Source: Octopus vulgaris (taxonomy: Eukaryota). Taken from it: 64,000 nucleotides of DNA. The notes beneath the pieces were generated by a model that saw only the letters and a program-made list of their open reading frames with translations, had not been told where the DNA came from and did not search any database. The position numbers were made by a program, and so were the translations under genes. The stretch lies in assembly GCA_951406725.2 (NCBI GenBank), contig OX597821.1, positions 65,906,001 through 65,970,000 on the forward strand, in the 5' to 3' direction. Of this stretch, positions 1-12,724 are shown piece after piece; positions within the stretch are counted from its first letter, which is position 1; the number at the start of each line of letters is the position of its first letter.

Positions 1-159
1 TACACACACACATATGTGTATATATATATATATTAAATTGAATAAGGGTAGAAATTGATATTAATCAATTAAAACCAGTGGCCTAGCATATAAAAAAAAA
101 TCTGAAGATTAAAATATGTAAAAGTATGTAAAAAAAAAAATATATATATATATATATAT

Positions 160-370
160 ATGCATATACAGTTAATCCACATATGAACAAAGAGAAAAAA
201 CAACAATGCGAGGACGTGGGATAAGTACAGTGTTATTGGATGCTCAGGAAAGGAAAGAAAGAAGGAGGATTTCACGTTTCAAACAGAGCACTTTGTCAGA
301 AATATAGAAAAAGTCCAAAGAAGGGAAGACAGAGAAAGAAAATTGCCAACGACACACGTGCAGTCACATA
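160..370 (-). mobile_element. Penelope-like terminal-repeat fragment with decayed minimal hammerhead motif (270-302)
   Basis: Minus strand reads TTT-CTGACAA-A-GTGC-TCT-GTTT-GAAA-CG-TG-AAA; same layout as the motifs at 12893, 53388 and 54709. Confidence 0.5.
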
Positions 371-392
371 TTAAAATATATATACATAAATA

Positions 393-555
393 CAACGGGC
401 TTCTTTCAGTTTCCGTCTACCAAATCCACTCACAAGGCTTTGGTTGGCCCGAGGCTATAGTAGAAGACATTTGCGCAAGGTGCCACGCAGTGGGACTGAA
501 CCCAGAACCATGTGGTTCATAAGCAAGCTACTTACCACGCAGCTACTCCTATGAC
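393..555 (-). mobile_element. tRNA-derived SINE family A, 5' half
   Basis: Reverse complement of the family A head (GGTTCAGTCCC B box, ...GATTTGGTAGACGGAAACTGAAAGAAGCCC) seen in many copies in the window. Confidence 0.85.
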
Positions 556-854
556 TATGAAAAACAATAATGAACAACAAAACATTGGAGATGTTTACAG
601 CTAAGAACACCCACTCAATCAACACAGAGGTTTGAGGCTAAGTAGCAACATCAAAAACACCATATTAATGAATTTGTTTGTGCAGTTTATGCTGTCTGTT
701 TTAAAATTTGCAATTAGAAATGGCTCGTTAACTAATTATATTTCAATAAACTTTGACCAGAGAACTTAAAAGACACAGTAACACGTCCACTGTATACCTC
801 CATATCTGTCGCAATAATTTTCTTTTTCGCATGCATCTTTATATATACAAATAG

Positions 855-892
855 TATAGATAGGTAGGTAGGTAGGTATGTAGGTAGGTAGG

Positions 893-952
<60 letters not shown>

Positions 953-1150
953 TACATAGATAGATAGACAGACAGATAGATAGGTAGATGGAAAGTTAGG
1001 TAGATAGGTAGGTAGGTAGGTAGGTAGGTAGATAGATAGATAGATAGACAGATAGAAAATTAGGTAGATAGACAGGTAGGTAGGTAGAGGGATGGATGGA
1101 AAGTTAGTTAGGTAGATAAATAGATAGATAGATGGTAGGCAGGTAGTTGG
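855..1150. repeat. Compound (TAGG)n/(TAGA)n/(CAGA)n microsatellite
   Basis: Directly visible tetranucleotide arrays. Confidence 0.95.
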
Positions 1151-1856
1151 GTAAGTGGATGGAGCTCTGTGTGTGCATGTACACGCACACAAATATTATC
1201 AGCATCAAACTCAATTTTACATCTGTTTTTCTATGGTGGCATGAGTTAGACGAGTAATTATTGATCTGAGTTAGTTCATATTTAGAATTACTGCTTAGCT
1301 ACAAAGGGCAAAGAATCATATCTCCCTTGTTAAGGGGCTTTTCCTCTGCTAGACACCCTTTCTATCACAAACCACTTCGAAGTGGGTACTGGGTGTATTT
1401 TACTCTGGTGCCGACATGTGAGAAAGAGGAGAGAGGGGGAGAGAGGAAGTTGCTTTGCACTTTGGTTAAATTAGAGACTGCTCCCTACATTAGAGCTGGG
1501 ATATGATCAAAGACATTCTAGGCAGTACCACCACTACACACATGCATATGTGTGTGTGTGTGTTAATTGATGTGTGTTTCTCCTTGTGTGTGTTTGTATG
1601 AGCATGTGTGTTTGTATGAGTGCATGTGTGTGTGTGCATGTATGTTAATGCACTTGCGGGTGTATATACGTTTCAGTATTACAAGCAGCGGTGCAGTCTT
1701 TTGACTTACCAGTTCCTGTAGAACCGTCCAACCCATACCAGCGTGAAAAAAAACGAATGTTAAATGATGACGATGACGACAATGATGGTGATGTATGCAA
1801 GACTGCAGGACTTTGTGAAGATGGTAACGAACTCGAGTAAATGACGGTGGCAGTAG

Positions 1857-1899
<43 letters not shown>

Positions 1900-2271
1900 A
1901 ATGCTGATATTGATGATGGCGGTGGTGGCTTTTAAGGTTACGAGGGTGTTGGCGTGAGTAGTAGTGGCGGCAATAATAATAATGACGTTTTGAAATAAAA
2001 TGCCACATATAAAAGAATTATGTACAAAAAACAAGCAAAGAAGACACATTACCATGTGGTTTAGGTCACATGACTGTCTAAAAGCACCTCGGTCATTCCC
2101 TCCGCTTTTGTCTCGATCACATTTCCATCCACCCCAGCATAAAGCTTATAGAAAATCTTCAGAGTCCTATACAAATACTGGAGTCCATTCATTCTTCTAT
2201 AGCCTTAACTACTTATTAATCTGTGTTCCATACATAAAAAAAACAACATATATATATATAAATGTATATAA

Positions 2272-2314
<43 letters not shown>

Positions 2315-2430
2315 AGCACACATATACCTACATACGTACAAATATATACATATACATATATGCACACATGTATACATATATGTATATACACGCATATATA
2401 CATATACGTATATACAAACAAACATAGATA

Positions 2431-3200
2431 TACATGCGATGACTAAATTGTCGCCATTTTATATTTTGTTTGTTTTTGATTTTGTTGACTACACAGTATA
2501 GTAGGATCAGTTGGGCACCTTCTGTGAGAAAAACAACACCATGAGTAATTCACTCTGCCAGAAAGTTGGAAGTGACATGTTGTAATGCTTGGCATTCACG
2601 CCAGAAGTTCTAATACAAACATTTCAGAGTGTTTGGGTGTCAATCTGAGGACATGTACCGAAAGTGATAAAAATCAAACATCCAGTCAACATCAAGGTGT
2701 TTGGAGTGATCACTATTGACGCCGTGCCACCATTCATCTTCCCACACAGCCTTGGACTCAACATGGTGGCTTACATCAAGTGCTTGGAGGAGGTAGTGCT
2801 GCCTTGGGTCAAGAGGGTGGATGCTGGAGGACCCTATGTCTGGCAACAAGAATCTGCACCATGTCACACAAGCAGGAGAATCCATTCGTGGCTGTCAGAC
2901 AATTTCTGCGACCACATCACCACATCACTCCTAACATCTGGCCACCTAACTCCCCAGGCCACAACACCCTTGATTATTATGTGTGGGGCGCAGTTGAGCA
3001 AGAGACCAACAAAACTCCTTGTAACACAAGAGATGAACTGAAGGCAAGAATTATGGCAGCATTCACCAACTTAAACAAGGAGACCATCCAGAAGAGTTGC
3101 AGGAGATTCCGAGGTTGTCTGTAGGGTGTGGCTGAAGACAATGTTAATTTTATAGAATAAATTTACTCTTTAGTATTTCAAGATATTTTTATGTAATTTA
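2431..3200 (+). pseudogene. Decayed Tc1/mariner-superfamily transposase, DD37D (maT) type
   Basis: ORFs 2664-3041 and 2780-3124 join into YVWQQ(E)SAPCHTSRR...DHITPNIWPPNSPGHNTLDYYVWG; 37 residues between the second acidic position (here E) and the final D; frameshift from a tandem duplication of CACATCAC near 2912-2928; N-terminal part deleted. Confidence 0.85.
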
Positions 3201-3293
3201 CGAATATACACACACAGATATATATATATATATATATGTATATCATCATATCTATATATATGTATGTATATATATATATATGTATATCATCAT

Positions 3294-3337
<44 letters not shown>

Positions 3338-3429
3338 CACATATATTTATACATGCATATATACACACATATATATATACATATGCATATATACATACAC
3401 ACACACATATATACACACACACACACAAA

Positions 3430-3635
3430 CTTAGACAAATTTAGATATATTTCAACCAAAGATTGGCCTAGGCCATGTCTAACTTAATAGCACCATTTGA
3501 TAAGATAAGCTAAATCCTTTTTAAATGAAGTTTTGTTGTATCATGGGCCATTCAAGTAGGGAGTTCTTGTTGAGTGAGTTGTATCCAGGTATAGCTGGCT
3601 TACCTGGTATCCCTTGAAAAAATTTTTCCAGATTC
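3430..3635 (-). mobile_element. CR1-clade LINE 3' end fragment, related to 49337-50149
   Basis: Minus strand encodes LEKFFQGIPGKPAIPGYNSLNKNSLLEW (cf. [28 protein letters not shown]) and shares 3' UTR TGGTGCTATTAAGTTAGACATGGCCT. Confidence 0.8.
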
Positions 3636-3637
3636 TG

Positions 3638-3820
3638 TAAAAAGCACCCACAACACTCTCAGAGTAGTTGACACTAGGAAGGACATTCAGCTGTAGAAAC
3701 CTTACCAGATCAGATTGGAGCCCGGTGCCGCTTCCTGGCTTGCCAGTCCTCAGTCAAACCACCCAACCCATGCCAGGATGGAAAGCAGACGTTAAACAAT
3801 GAGGACGATGATGATGATGG
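3638..3820 (+). mobile_element. (GAT)n-tailed retroposon (family C, RTE-associated 3' module)
   Basis: AAAAGCACCC...AGGAAGGACATTCAGCTGTAGAAAC...CAACCCATGCCAG...ACGTTAAAC then (GAT)n; many copies in window. Confidence 0.8.
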
Positions 3821-4141
3821 ATAGGTGTCTTCACCTTGTTTGTTGTTACCACAATGTTTCGGCCGATGTACTCTCCAGCCTTCATTGGGTACACTGGTGG
3901 AATTTCGGACACCTATCCGTGCATTATAACTAATGTAAAGTAATATCTTCCAGTTCTATATTTAAGAGATCAGGAATTATGTACATTGTTTACATTATTT
4001 ACGTTTGACAGATATTTGTCCTCATCTTGTTTGTTGTTAACAAAACGAGGGTATATCAGCCGAAACATTGTGTTAACAACAAATAAGATGAGGACAAATA
4101 TCGGTCAAATGTAAACAATGTAAATAATGTAATATCTTCCA
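3819..4141. mobile_element. Penelope-like terminal-repeat fragments, including an inverted pair, with hammerhead-motif remnants
   Basis: 3819-3919: minus copy (CCAATGA-A-GGCTG...CGGCC-GAAA-CA-TT-GTGG) bounded by the IR GGATAGGTGTC/GACACCTATCC; 3953-4128: fold-back of the same repeat flanked by the 13-bp direct repeat GTAATATCTTCCA (3940-3952, 4129-4141). Confidence 0.7.
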
Positions 4142-4504
4142 ACAGCTAAACTAAACACGCTCTTTTCAGAAGACTGGAAATGAACTTGTATGATGATGAT
4201 GATGATGATGATGCTGCTTATTTTCAGTCATGCAGATAAGGACATGCACAAACACACATACACATACAACTGACACCGGCATCAAAGAGGTGCCATATTG
4301 AGAGAATGTGATGCGAAAGACATCAAGCAATAAAATTCATGCAAAAAAACAAAAAATATTAAATAAAAAAGCAAAATTATGAAGGAATGAACAGGGGTAA
4401 CATAAAGTAGATGGGACCAGTAGCTTTATATCTCATGTTCCGAAGCAATGTTCTTTTGTTCTGTTGACATATTTGTAGTGAGATAATAAAGAACCATGAT
4501 GAAT

Positions 4505-4938
4505 GGCGTAAGAGTGGCTGTGTGGTAAGTAACTCTCTTACGAACCACATGGTTCCAGGTTCAGTCCCGCTGTGTGGGACCTTGGGCAAGTGTCTTCTAC
4601 TATAGCCTCAGGCCGACCAAAGCCTCGTGAGTGGATTTGGTAGATGGAAACTGAAAGAAGCCCATCGTAGATATGTATATGTATGTATATTTATATATAT
4701 GTGTGTATGTGTGTATGTGTATATATTTGTGAGTCTGTGTTTGTCCCTCCAACATCGCTTGACAACTGATGCTGGTGTGTTTACATCCCTGTAACTTAGC
4801 GGATCGGCTTAAGAGATTGATAAAATAAGTACTAGGCTTACAAAGAATAAGTCCTGGGGTCGATTTACTTGACAAAAAGGCGATGCTCCAGCATGGCCAC
4901 AGTCAAATAACTGAGATAATTAAAAGAGTAAAAGAGAA
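4505..4938 (+). mobile_element. tRNA-derived SINE family A, full length (tRNA head, CORE-like segment, internal TA/TG tract, 3' module)
   Basis: A box TGGCTGTGTGG, B box GGTTCAGTCCC, CCTTGGGCAAGTG CORE-like motif, tail TAAAAGAG repeats. Confidence 0.9.
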
Positions 4939-5292
4939 TACATGTATATTTGTCAACAATTGACGAAGGGCGTGTCCCATACATTTATGCAAACACGCAC
5001 ACATACACACACACACATATATATAAATATATATATATATATACACACACATATATATATATGTATATACATATATATATATATTTATATGTATGGGTGT
5101 ATGTATATATGCATGTATGTATACATACATATACATACAGGTGTGTGTGTAAAAATTTGTTTGCCATAGATATGTATATTTATATATAACGTAAAGATTC
5201 TGGCGAAGGTGTATGTATTTATGCATTCATATGTCCACCTAGAGTCGCATACATTAACATGTCTATGCATATGCATATGTGTATATGCATGA

Positions 5293-5342
<50 letters not shown>

Positions 5343-5917
5343 TATATGAAAGCATAACTTCTACAACAGTGTCCTTCTATTTATTTGTACAATCTCCTTT
5401 GAATGGATTGTCTTGCAACACAAAGAACAATTTGAAGAATTCTGTAGAGTTAATCCTGTGTCTCCATCTCAATAGGTTAGTCAAACAATTCTTCACAATC
5501 ATCCTGTGTTTGGTCTCTTTTAACCAAATGCCATTCATTAAGTCTTTTCAACTGGCACCATGTGACAGGAGTCAATTTTTTTTTTCTATTTATTATTTTC
5601 TTTATGTTTTAAATTCTCTCTCTCTCCCTCTCTCTCTTTATTTTTACTTCGTTTTTAATATTGAAACTATCATAATCAAAATTTACTGCTATTCACTGAG
5701 AAATAAAGACATCATCATCATCATCATCATCATCATTGTTGTCGTCGTCATCATCATCATCATCATCATCATTATTATCATCACCATTTAATGTCTGTTT
5801 TTCATGCTGTCATAGGTTGGGCAGTTTGACAAGAACTGGTAAAACTAGGAGCTGCACCACGTCCGACTGTGTGCATTTGCATGGTTTCTCCAGCTGCATG
5901 CCCTTTATGAGGCCAAC

Positions 5918-6445
5918 CACTATGTGGGAAAATAAAGCATGAGAACGCAGGACCTGGCGCCAGTCCTGCTTCTCTTCAGTTCAAAGATTTGAGCAAAATC
6001 GACTCCAACATTGGGACCAACTTCATACAAGCATGAAGGCACGCTGGCAAAACGCTGCTCCTCTAAATGGAAACCTTACCTGTTATTGTGGGTTTGTGGC
6101 ATGAAGCGTGGTAGTTGCCAGTGCCACCAGACTGGCTCCCGTGCCGGTGGCATGTAAAAGTACCTTTTGCGTGTGGTCATTGCCAGAACCGCCTGACTGG
6201 CCCTCATGCTGGTGGCACATAAAAGCACCCACTACACTCTTGGAGTGGTTGGCATTAGGAAGGGCATCAAGCTGTAGAAGCTTTGCCAGATCAGATTGAG
6301 CCTGGTGCAGCCTCTGGCTCACCAGTCCTCAGTCAAACCGTCCAACCCATGCCAGCATGGAAAGCAAACATCAAACGATGATGATGATGATGATAAAACA
6401 AAGCAGGCTTCACCATCCACTGAAGGAAACACAAAGTAAATGATC
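5918..6445 (+). mobile_element. RTE (BovB-like) LINE ORF2 C-terminal fragment split by a family C insertion
   Basis: Translates TMWENKA*ERRTWRQSCFSSVQRFEQNRLQHWDQLHTSMKARWQNAAPLNGNLTCYCGFVA, resuming after 6394 as NKAGFTIH*RKHK (C2H2-like end). Confidence 0.7.
6106..6394 (+). mobile_element. Family C (GAT)n-tailed retroposon
   Basis: Two GGTGGCAYRTAAAAG units, then the family C body and (GAT)n tail. Confidence 0.85.
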
Positions 6446-7469
6446 CACAAGCACTCGAGAAACAGATTCCTCAACTTGTTCCATTTACCAAAAGGTTTGC
6501 AGGGAATCAGCAGGGCTCAAGAGACACATTTCTGTCCATAGAACATGAATTAAGAGGATAGAGTAAGAAGATATATGCAAATATATTAATTTTAGCATTA
6601 TAATGCATGGATCAGACAAAGCATCAAGACAAATATTCTACGGATGGATGCTCTTCCTCTTGCAAACCTTCACCTGTTTCCAAGTAAGGTAATATTTTCC
6701 TAGTCCTTCATGTTTGAACAACTATGCTGTGTGTGTGTGTGTGTGTATACAAAATTGAACACACATATGCAAGGTACATGTGTTGTTAGCTCGTTGGGCA
6801 GTTGTGTTTTTTATTTTGGCATAAAAGAATATATTCTCAAAGCCCCTGGTGTAAGACACCTGAAAGTTAGTCATAGACAAGTGGGACAAAGTCCTTTTTT
6901 TTTTTCAGTGCAACAGACATCAATGTTTTATCATTGCTTTGACTTATCAATACCACATTCCGAACAGGGCCTGCTGCAAGCTATCTCACTAACAATGACT
7001 ATATGCTATATGGTTTATGTATATATATGCTCTGTGTGTGTTTGTGTATGGCAAATGAAAGATGGAAGATGGAATATACGAGAATTTATTATTAATCACG
7101 TCAATTGTTTCGACACATCATGGGTGGAACACTCAACAACTGGTTCAGGAGCATCCAGCGGTGCAGATGTATCTCGTTGGGTGATAAATAGATACAACTA
7201 GTTAAAATAACAGTTCTGCAGTGTAACTTCTCATTTTGTAGAAAGCAAAACAGCCAGATGGAGGAAATATCTTCATTTATATAGAAGATCAAAAATAAAA
7301 TCACAGAGAGGAAAAAAAGAGAAATAAACACACAATATAGTGAGAAGGCTATTAAAAATAACCGTTAACAAATATGGATGTATAAACGCCCTTGGGCAAG
7401 CAGCACCGTGTGAGTATGTATGTATGTTTAAATTCAGAACCAACTAAAAAAAAATAGCCACTACAATAG

Positions 7470-7640
7470 TTGGAGTGGTTGGCGTTAGGAAGAACATCCA
7501 GCTGTAGAAAACCATAGCAAGTCATATCAGAGTCTGGTGTAGCCTTTCCAGCATGCCAGCCCAGTCAAACCCTGTCCAACCCATGCCAGCATGAACAATA
7601 GACGTTAAATGACGATGATGATGATGATGATGATGGTGAT
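7470..7640 (+). mobile_element. Family C (GAT)n-tailed retroposon, 5'-truncated
   Basis: GGAGTGGTTGGCGTTAGGAAG...CCAACCCATGCCAGCATG...GACGTTAAATGAC(GAT)n. Confidence 0.8.
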
Positions 7641-8524
7641 GACATGTAGTGTTTATTTGTTCATTGGAAGCTGATGCTTCAATTTATAGTTATTTGGAAT
7701 TTTGTGCTTTTGTACATTTTGTTTAGATATCTGGAGAAGAATGGTAAACCAATAAAGAAACTATTGATTTCTTTTTCTTCCTGTCCCTACGGAATTCATC
7801 CTACAGACGTAGAAAACAGGCAAATAAAAAAAAGGAAGAAAAAAAGAAAGTAAAATAAAACCAACAACAACTATATCTCACTCAGCAATTTGAGAGAACC
7901 AGAAAACAATGGTGGTTCTTCTTCTTGATCTTTCTTATCAGTTAAGATTCCTTACAAAGATGTTCCACAGCAGCACCAAGCTATAAATATGGTTTTAAGA
8001 TAACAAAATAACTTTGTATTTGATCCTCAGATCAGCCCCTGTATTGTTGATTTTAACCTTTACCATGCTAAGGCATGTTATGTTGCTATAGAGATTTCTG
8101 TAGCAGCAGCAGGTACATTGTGTCTCATTGAGAAGGGAGATAACTCATGCAGTGACATGATGCTCCTCCAGCATGTTAAAGGTTAAAAACTAAATCTTTT
8201 CAGGGCCACTGTGACTGGTAGAAGTAAGTTCCCCATTCTGAAAAAAGAGTGATCTCTCTTAAAGGTATCCAGGGGGTTGGCCAGATTATGATGTTAACGA
8301 GGGCAACAATTTAAGACCACCAACTGCTGATACAGTCAAGTACTGTTGTTGTTGTTGTTGTTTTTGTCTATGTTACTACCTACTGTGAACTTAAACTACA
8401 CTATAGTTCATTTATTAGAGCTTAGTGAAACTTAATCATTGACGGAGTCAGTGTGAGAAGAACACAAATTGCCAGCATAGTTTACTAATTTAGATTTTGC
8501 ATTTTCATTACAAGCATCAGAAAT

Positions 8525-8740
8525 AGTCCTTTCTGCTATAGACACAAGGCCTGGAATTTGGGAGAAGGGGATAATCGATTACATTGACCCCATAGTACAA
8601 GAGGTATTAATTTCATCGACTCCCGAAAATGATGAAAGGCAAAGTCGACTCTGGCGGCATTTGAACCCAGAATGTGAAGACAGACGAAATACTACTAAGC
8701 ATTTCGCCCAGCGTACTAAAGATTCTGCCAGCTGACTGTC
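8525..8740 (-). mobile_element. SINE family B with 17-bp TSD
   Basis: Family B core (GTCGACTTTGCCTTTCATC...GTCGATGAAATTAA); TSD TTACAAGCATCAGAAAT at 8508-8524 and 8741-8757. Confidence 0.9.
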
Positions 8741-9076
8741 TTACAAGCATCAGAAATGGTATCAGATTAAAATAGCCATGGCTCTTTTAATTTAATACTT
8801 CTTCTGTTGCACATAATGAGTTTTATTCAGCCAATCAGCTAATTGCAATAGTTTTTATGTTCCAAGTTCAAATTTCACAGGGGCTGACTCCACCTTTCAT
8901 GCTTTTGGGGTTGATTTAATTGGCTGACTCCTACTCTCTTTGAAACTGCTAGCCTTATGCCAACGTTTGAAACCAATATTTGAAGTAATATCTTATACAG
9001 GGTGGCCCAAAATTAGATTTACAGTTATTCAACTATCTCTTTTGCATTCATATATTAACGTCTAGATGTTAATTAT

Positions 9077-9373
9077 GTGAGAAAGGGCCAACATGGAGCC
9101 CATACATGCTCAGATTAGATGAAGGAAATGAAGATGGATTAGACACACACTGCAGAAAGAACCTTCAAATGTGACACAACAAGAACTTGACTGGAACCAG
9201 CAGGGGAAAAGGAAGCGAGGACGCCCAAAGCAGACATGGAAACGGAGCATTTTGGATGAGCTTGGGACCACCGGCCTGACATGGGAAGCAGCTACGAAAC
9301 ACATCAATGACTGCAAAAAGTGGAAAACAACTGTTGAGGCCCTATGCTCCACAAGGGGCAAAAAGAATTAAGA
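9077..9373 (+). mobile_element. 5'-truncated RTE-clade LINE with 13-bp TSD
   Basis: ORF ...QELDWNQQGKRKRGRPKQTWKRS...WKTTVEALCSTRG is a typical RTE C-terminus; TSD AGATGTTAATTAT at 9064-9076 and 9374-9386. Confidence 0.9.
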
Positions 9374-9470
9374 AGATGTTAATTATAAAAAAATATGAAA
9401 CCATTATTCTATGCTAATTTAGTTAATTTTGTCAAGCTCCCATTTCAGGTTGTAAGATAGAAATTTAAAT

Positions 9471-9900
9471 GCATTTGTCTTATGAAGAAAGGCATTTGTC
9501 TTATGAAGAAAGACTGAAGATGCTCGACCTTTATTCTCTTGAAAAACAACGCTGCCATGGTGATCTCATTCTCGCTCACAACATCATAAGCGGAAAGTGT
9601 AACCTCTCGAAAGAGCTGTTTTTTACTCCTGCTCCAGAGCGTCGGCTGCGGGGTCACTCCGAAAAGCTCTATCTGCGACGATTTCATCTCAATTGAAGTA
9701 GAGGGGCTTTCTCCATCCAGGTTGCGGATCCGTGGAATAAGCTGCTGGATGAGATAGTGAAGATGCTGATGACCGCTCGGTTCAAAGTCTTTCTCTGAAC
9801 TCTTTGCATGAACACCCTCGCTGTACATAATTCCATGTTCCCCTACATGGCCTTGCTTTTGCTTTTTGAGCCAAAAAATTAACTTAACTAACTTAACTTA
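9471..9900 (+). mobile_element. CR1-clade LINE 3' fragment
   Basis: HLSYEERLKMLDLYSLEK...GDLI...RLRGHSEKL...FS...WNKL; (TTAAC)n-like tail; 21-bp 5' duplication; possible TSD TTAAATG. Confidence 0.85.
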
Positions 9901-9999
9901 AATGTAATAAAATGTTTTAAAAGGAATTCCAACTGCTTATGTGATAACTGTAAACCTACTTTTGGGCCACCCTGTATAAGATTTGAGGTGACATTTTTG

Positions 10000-10290
10000 G
10001 AGATATTTGTCTTGGGGGTGGAAAAGTACATTGTTTATGTCATCAAATACAGGATATCTTTTCCAGCTTGTACTGTTTCCTCTTCTAGGCTGAGGACCCA
10101 GAACTGTGCCCTCTAGCATGCAGGAAAAGTTATACAGGATGAATAAGTATTTGTGCATGTTAGCCTACATGGCCTTCCTTTGGATGTGGTCTTGGATGAT
10201 TAGCACTAACTCAGATATGAAAGCAGTATTTATTCCCATTGAGGGTCTGACAAGAACTTTGTAGAGAGACAGCAATTTCTTTGAAAGAAG
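10000..10290 (-). mobile_element. Highly decayed CR1/L2-like RT fragment
   Basis: Minus-strand LLSLYKVLVRPSM...DHIQRKA resembles the LYKxxVRPxLEY...IQRKA motif. Confidence 0.5.
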
Positions 10291-10454
10291 AAAAAACAGA
10301 AAGAAAAAAAATGATATAAAACAACAAAAATAGCCTCTCTTGCTTGTTTTGAGAGCCAAACCGATGCACTCAATCCTGGCTATGCTATCTACTTCACTTT
10401 GAAGTTTGAAGATAAAGTGAGAGAAAATTACAAAAACAAATACAAAATAAAAAT

Positions 10455-10519
10455 GAATAATGATAATAATGAAAAGGATAATGATGATGATGACGATGAT
10501 GATGATGAAGAAGGTGATG

Positions 10520-10587
<68 letters not shown>

Positions 10588-11865
10588 GGTGATGATGGTG
10601 ATGACGATGGTGATAAAGTGTTTTTTTGTAAAATTTTCTTTTAAATGATAATAATAATAATAGTCTGAAATTATATAAAAAAAACAACAAAAAACAAAAA
10701 AATCAATGAAGCAATTTTTTTGAAAGTCAATCATTGAATTATTTTGCTAATCAAAATGATTTAATTGATAGATTTATTGAAGAAAAGAAATAATAATTAT
10801 ATTTAATAACAAAAAAAAACCCAAACTAAATAAATAACTAAAATGAATGAAAAAAAAACATTTAAAAGCAAAATTAAATAACTGTTTGTAGTAAAAATAT
10901 CAATAGTGAAAGATAATTAGGTTATTGAAGAACACTAGTAGAAGTAGTAGTAGTAGCAGCAGCAGTAGTAATAGTAGTAGTAGCAGTAGTAGTAGTAGTA
11001 GTAGTATTGGTGGTGGTGATGATGGTGGTGGTGGTGATTGCAGATGTGGTAGTGGACGTGGTGGTGGTGATGGCAGTGGTGGCAAAAGTGGTGGTGGTGG
11101 TGGTGGTAGTGGCGGTGGCAGTAAATGATGATGATAATGATGATGGTCACGATTGTAGTAATGGTAGCTGTGGTAGTAACAATGATGATGATGATAATGA
11201 TGATGGTGGTGATGGTGACAGAGATTATGATGATGATGATGACAGTGGTGATGGTGGTGATGACAACAGCAGTGGTAATGATGATGACGACGATGCTGAT
11301 GATTGTGGTGGTGGTGTTGAATTGTTAATTAATGCCGGGTGATGTAACTTTAATGTAAGAAGACATGCATTCATTTGATCAATGTTTCATTTTTTTTTTT
11401 CATTTTGAAAAAAAAAGCAAAATGACAAAAAAAAAAAGAAAAAAATAGACTCCAACAAACTTATCTAACGAGTGGGAAAAGGATTGCTAATTGAGAGAGA
11501 GAGAGAGAGAAATCAATTGGAAAAAAAAATTTGATATGGTTTTATAGTTTATTTTAGAATATCATCACCAACACCACCACCACCATCATCATCATCATCC
11601 ACATCATCATCCTCATCGTCATGATCACCGTCATCATCATCGTCGTCCCCATCATCATCACCATCGTCATAATCATCACCATTGTCATGACCATTATCAT
11701 CATCATCATCATCGTCATCACCATCATCACCATTGTCACCATCAGTCGTCATCATCCCCATCATCATCATCATCATCATAATGACCATGATCATCATCAT
11801 CATCACCACCATCACCACCATCACCATGGCAACATTGTTCGTTACTTTCTCTACCACCACCATTT
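10455..11865. repeat. Trinucleotide low-complexity blocks (GAT/GGT/AGT/CAT)n
   Basis: Visible arrays at 10455-10615, 10935-11320 and 11560-11865; source of the spurious poly-H/D/M ORFs. Confidence 0.95.
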
Positions 11866-11940
11866 TTGAGTTTGCTCTGTTACTTTACTCTGCTGGAATA
11901 TGTCCTGAATAGCAAAGTCTGGTTGAAAAGATATAATAAT

Positions 11941-12677
11941 ATAGGTGCAGGAGTGGCTGTGGGGTAAGTAGCTTGCTTACCAACCACATGGTTCCAGGTT
12001 CACTCCCATAGCATAGCACCTTGGGTAAGTGTCTTCTTCTATAGCCTCAGGCCGACCAAAGCCTTGTGAGTAGATTTGGTAGATGAAATTTGAAAGAAGC
12101 CTGTTGTATATATATATATATTATATAAAATCCGTTCTATCTGTCTGTGTGTGTGTCTTCTAGGATCTCAGGCATCCTCCATCCGATTGCGCTCAAATTT
12201 GATATGTAGATACCGACGGTATCAGGATGTGCATAAGTCTTGATAAAAATTACAAAAATCGATTCTAGGTGAGAATGCATTCGATAAAGCCTGCTTTTCT
12301 TCCATCAACCTGTACATACTGCACCTTCCATTTTTTGTCGTTTTTGTACTGCCTAAAGGCACGTTTCTTTCCTGCCAAGCTTACTGTTTAAACCATGTTT
12401 GTGTTCTCCTAGTCAACAGCCTTATCATTACTGGTACTTTAAACTCTTCGGTTGCATATTTGTGGGAATAAAAGCGTTTTTTCTTTGGAATAGGAAAAAA
12501 GTCTATCTTTATTTCTTCTTTTGCTGGTGTCTCAAATTTAGGTTAAATCAGTGTTTCTTTCTCAAAGGGGAAGCCTATGGGACAGTCAGACAAGTTGTTT
12601 TGAGAAAATTTGGTTTAAATGTTTGACATCTCAGCACCATCCATTGGATGGGGGACGTTTTGCTCATATATATATGT

Positions 12678-12724
<47 letters not shown>

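Larger units (their letters stand above)
8998..9974. mobile_element. Tc1/mariner-type MITE with 31-bp TIRs and TA TSD, hosting two LINE fragments
   Basis: Left TIR CAGGGTGGCCCAAAATTAGATTTACAGTTAT (8998-9028); right TIR reverse complement CAGGGTGGCCCAAAAGTAGGTTTACAGTTAT (9944-9974), 2 mismatches; TA on both sides. Confidence 0.9.

Noticed and set aside
2054-2146. Possible minus-strand exon LCWGGWKCDRDKSGGNDRGAFRQSCDLNHM before GTAATG
   Set aside because: Poor acceptor and unrecognised peptide; cannot be supported without RNA data.
3488-3500. TAGCACCATTTGA matches the 5' part of miR-29
   Set aside because: Match ends after 13 nt, no precursor hairpin, and it lies antisense in a CR1 3' UTR.
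7104-7198. Possible minus-strand terminal exon LYLFITQRDTSAPLDAPEPVVECSTHDVSKQLT*
   Set aside because: Weak acceptor, no recognisable homology, no partner exons.
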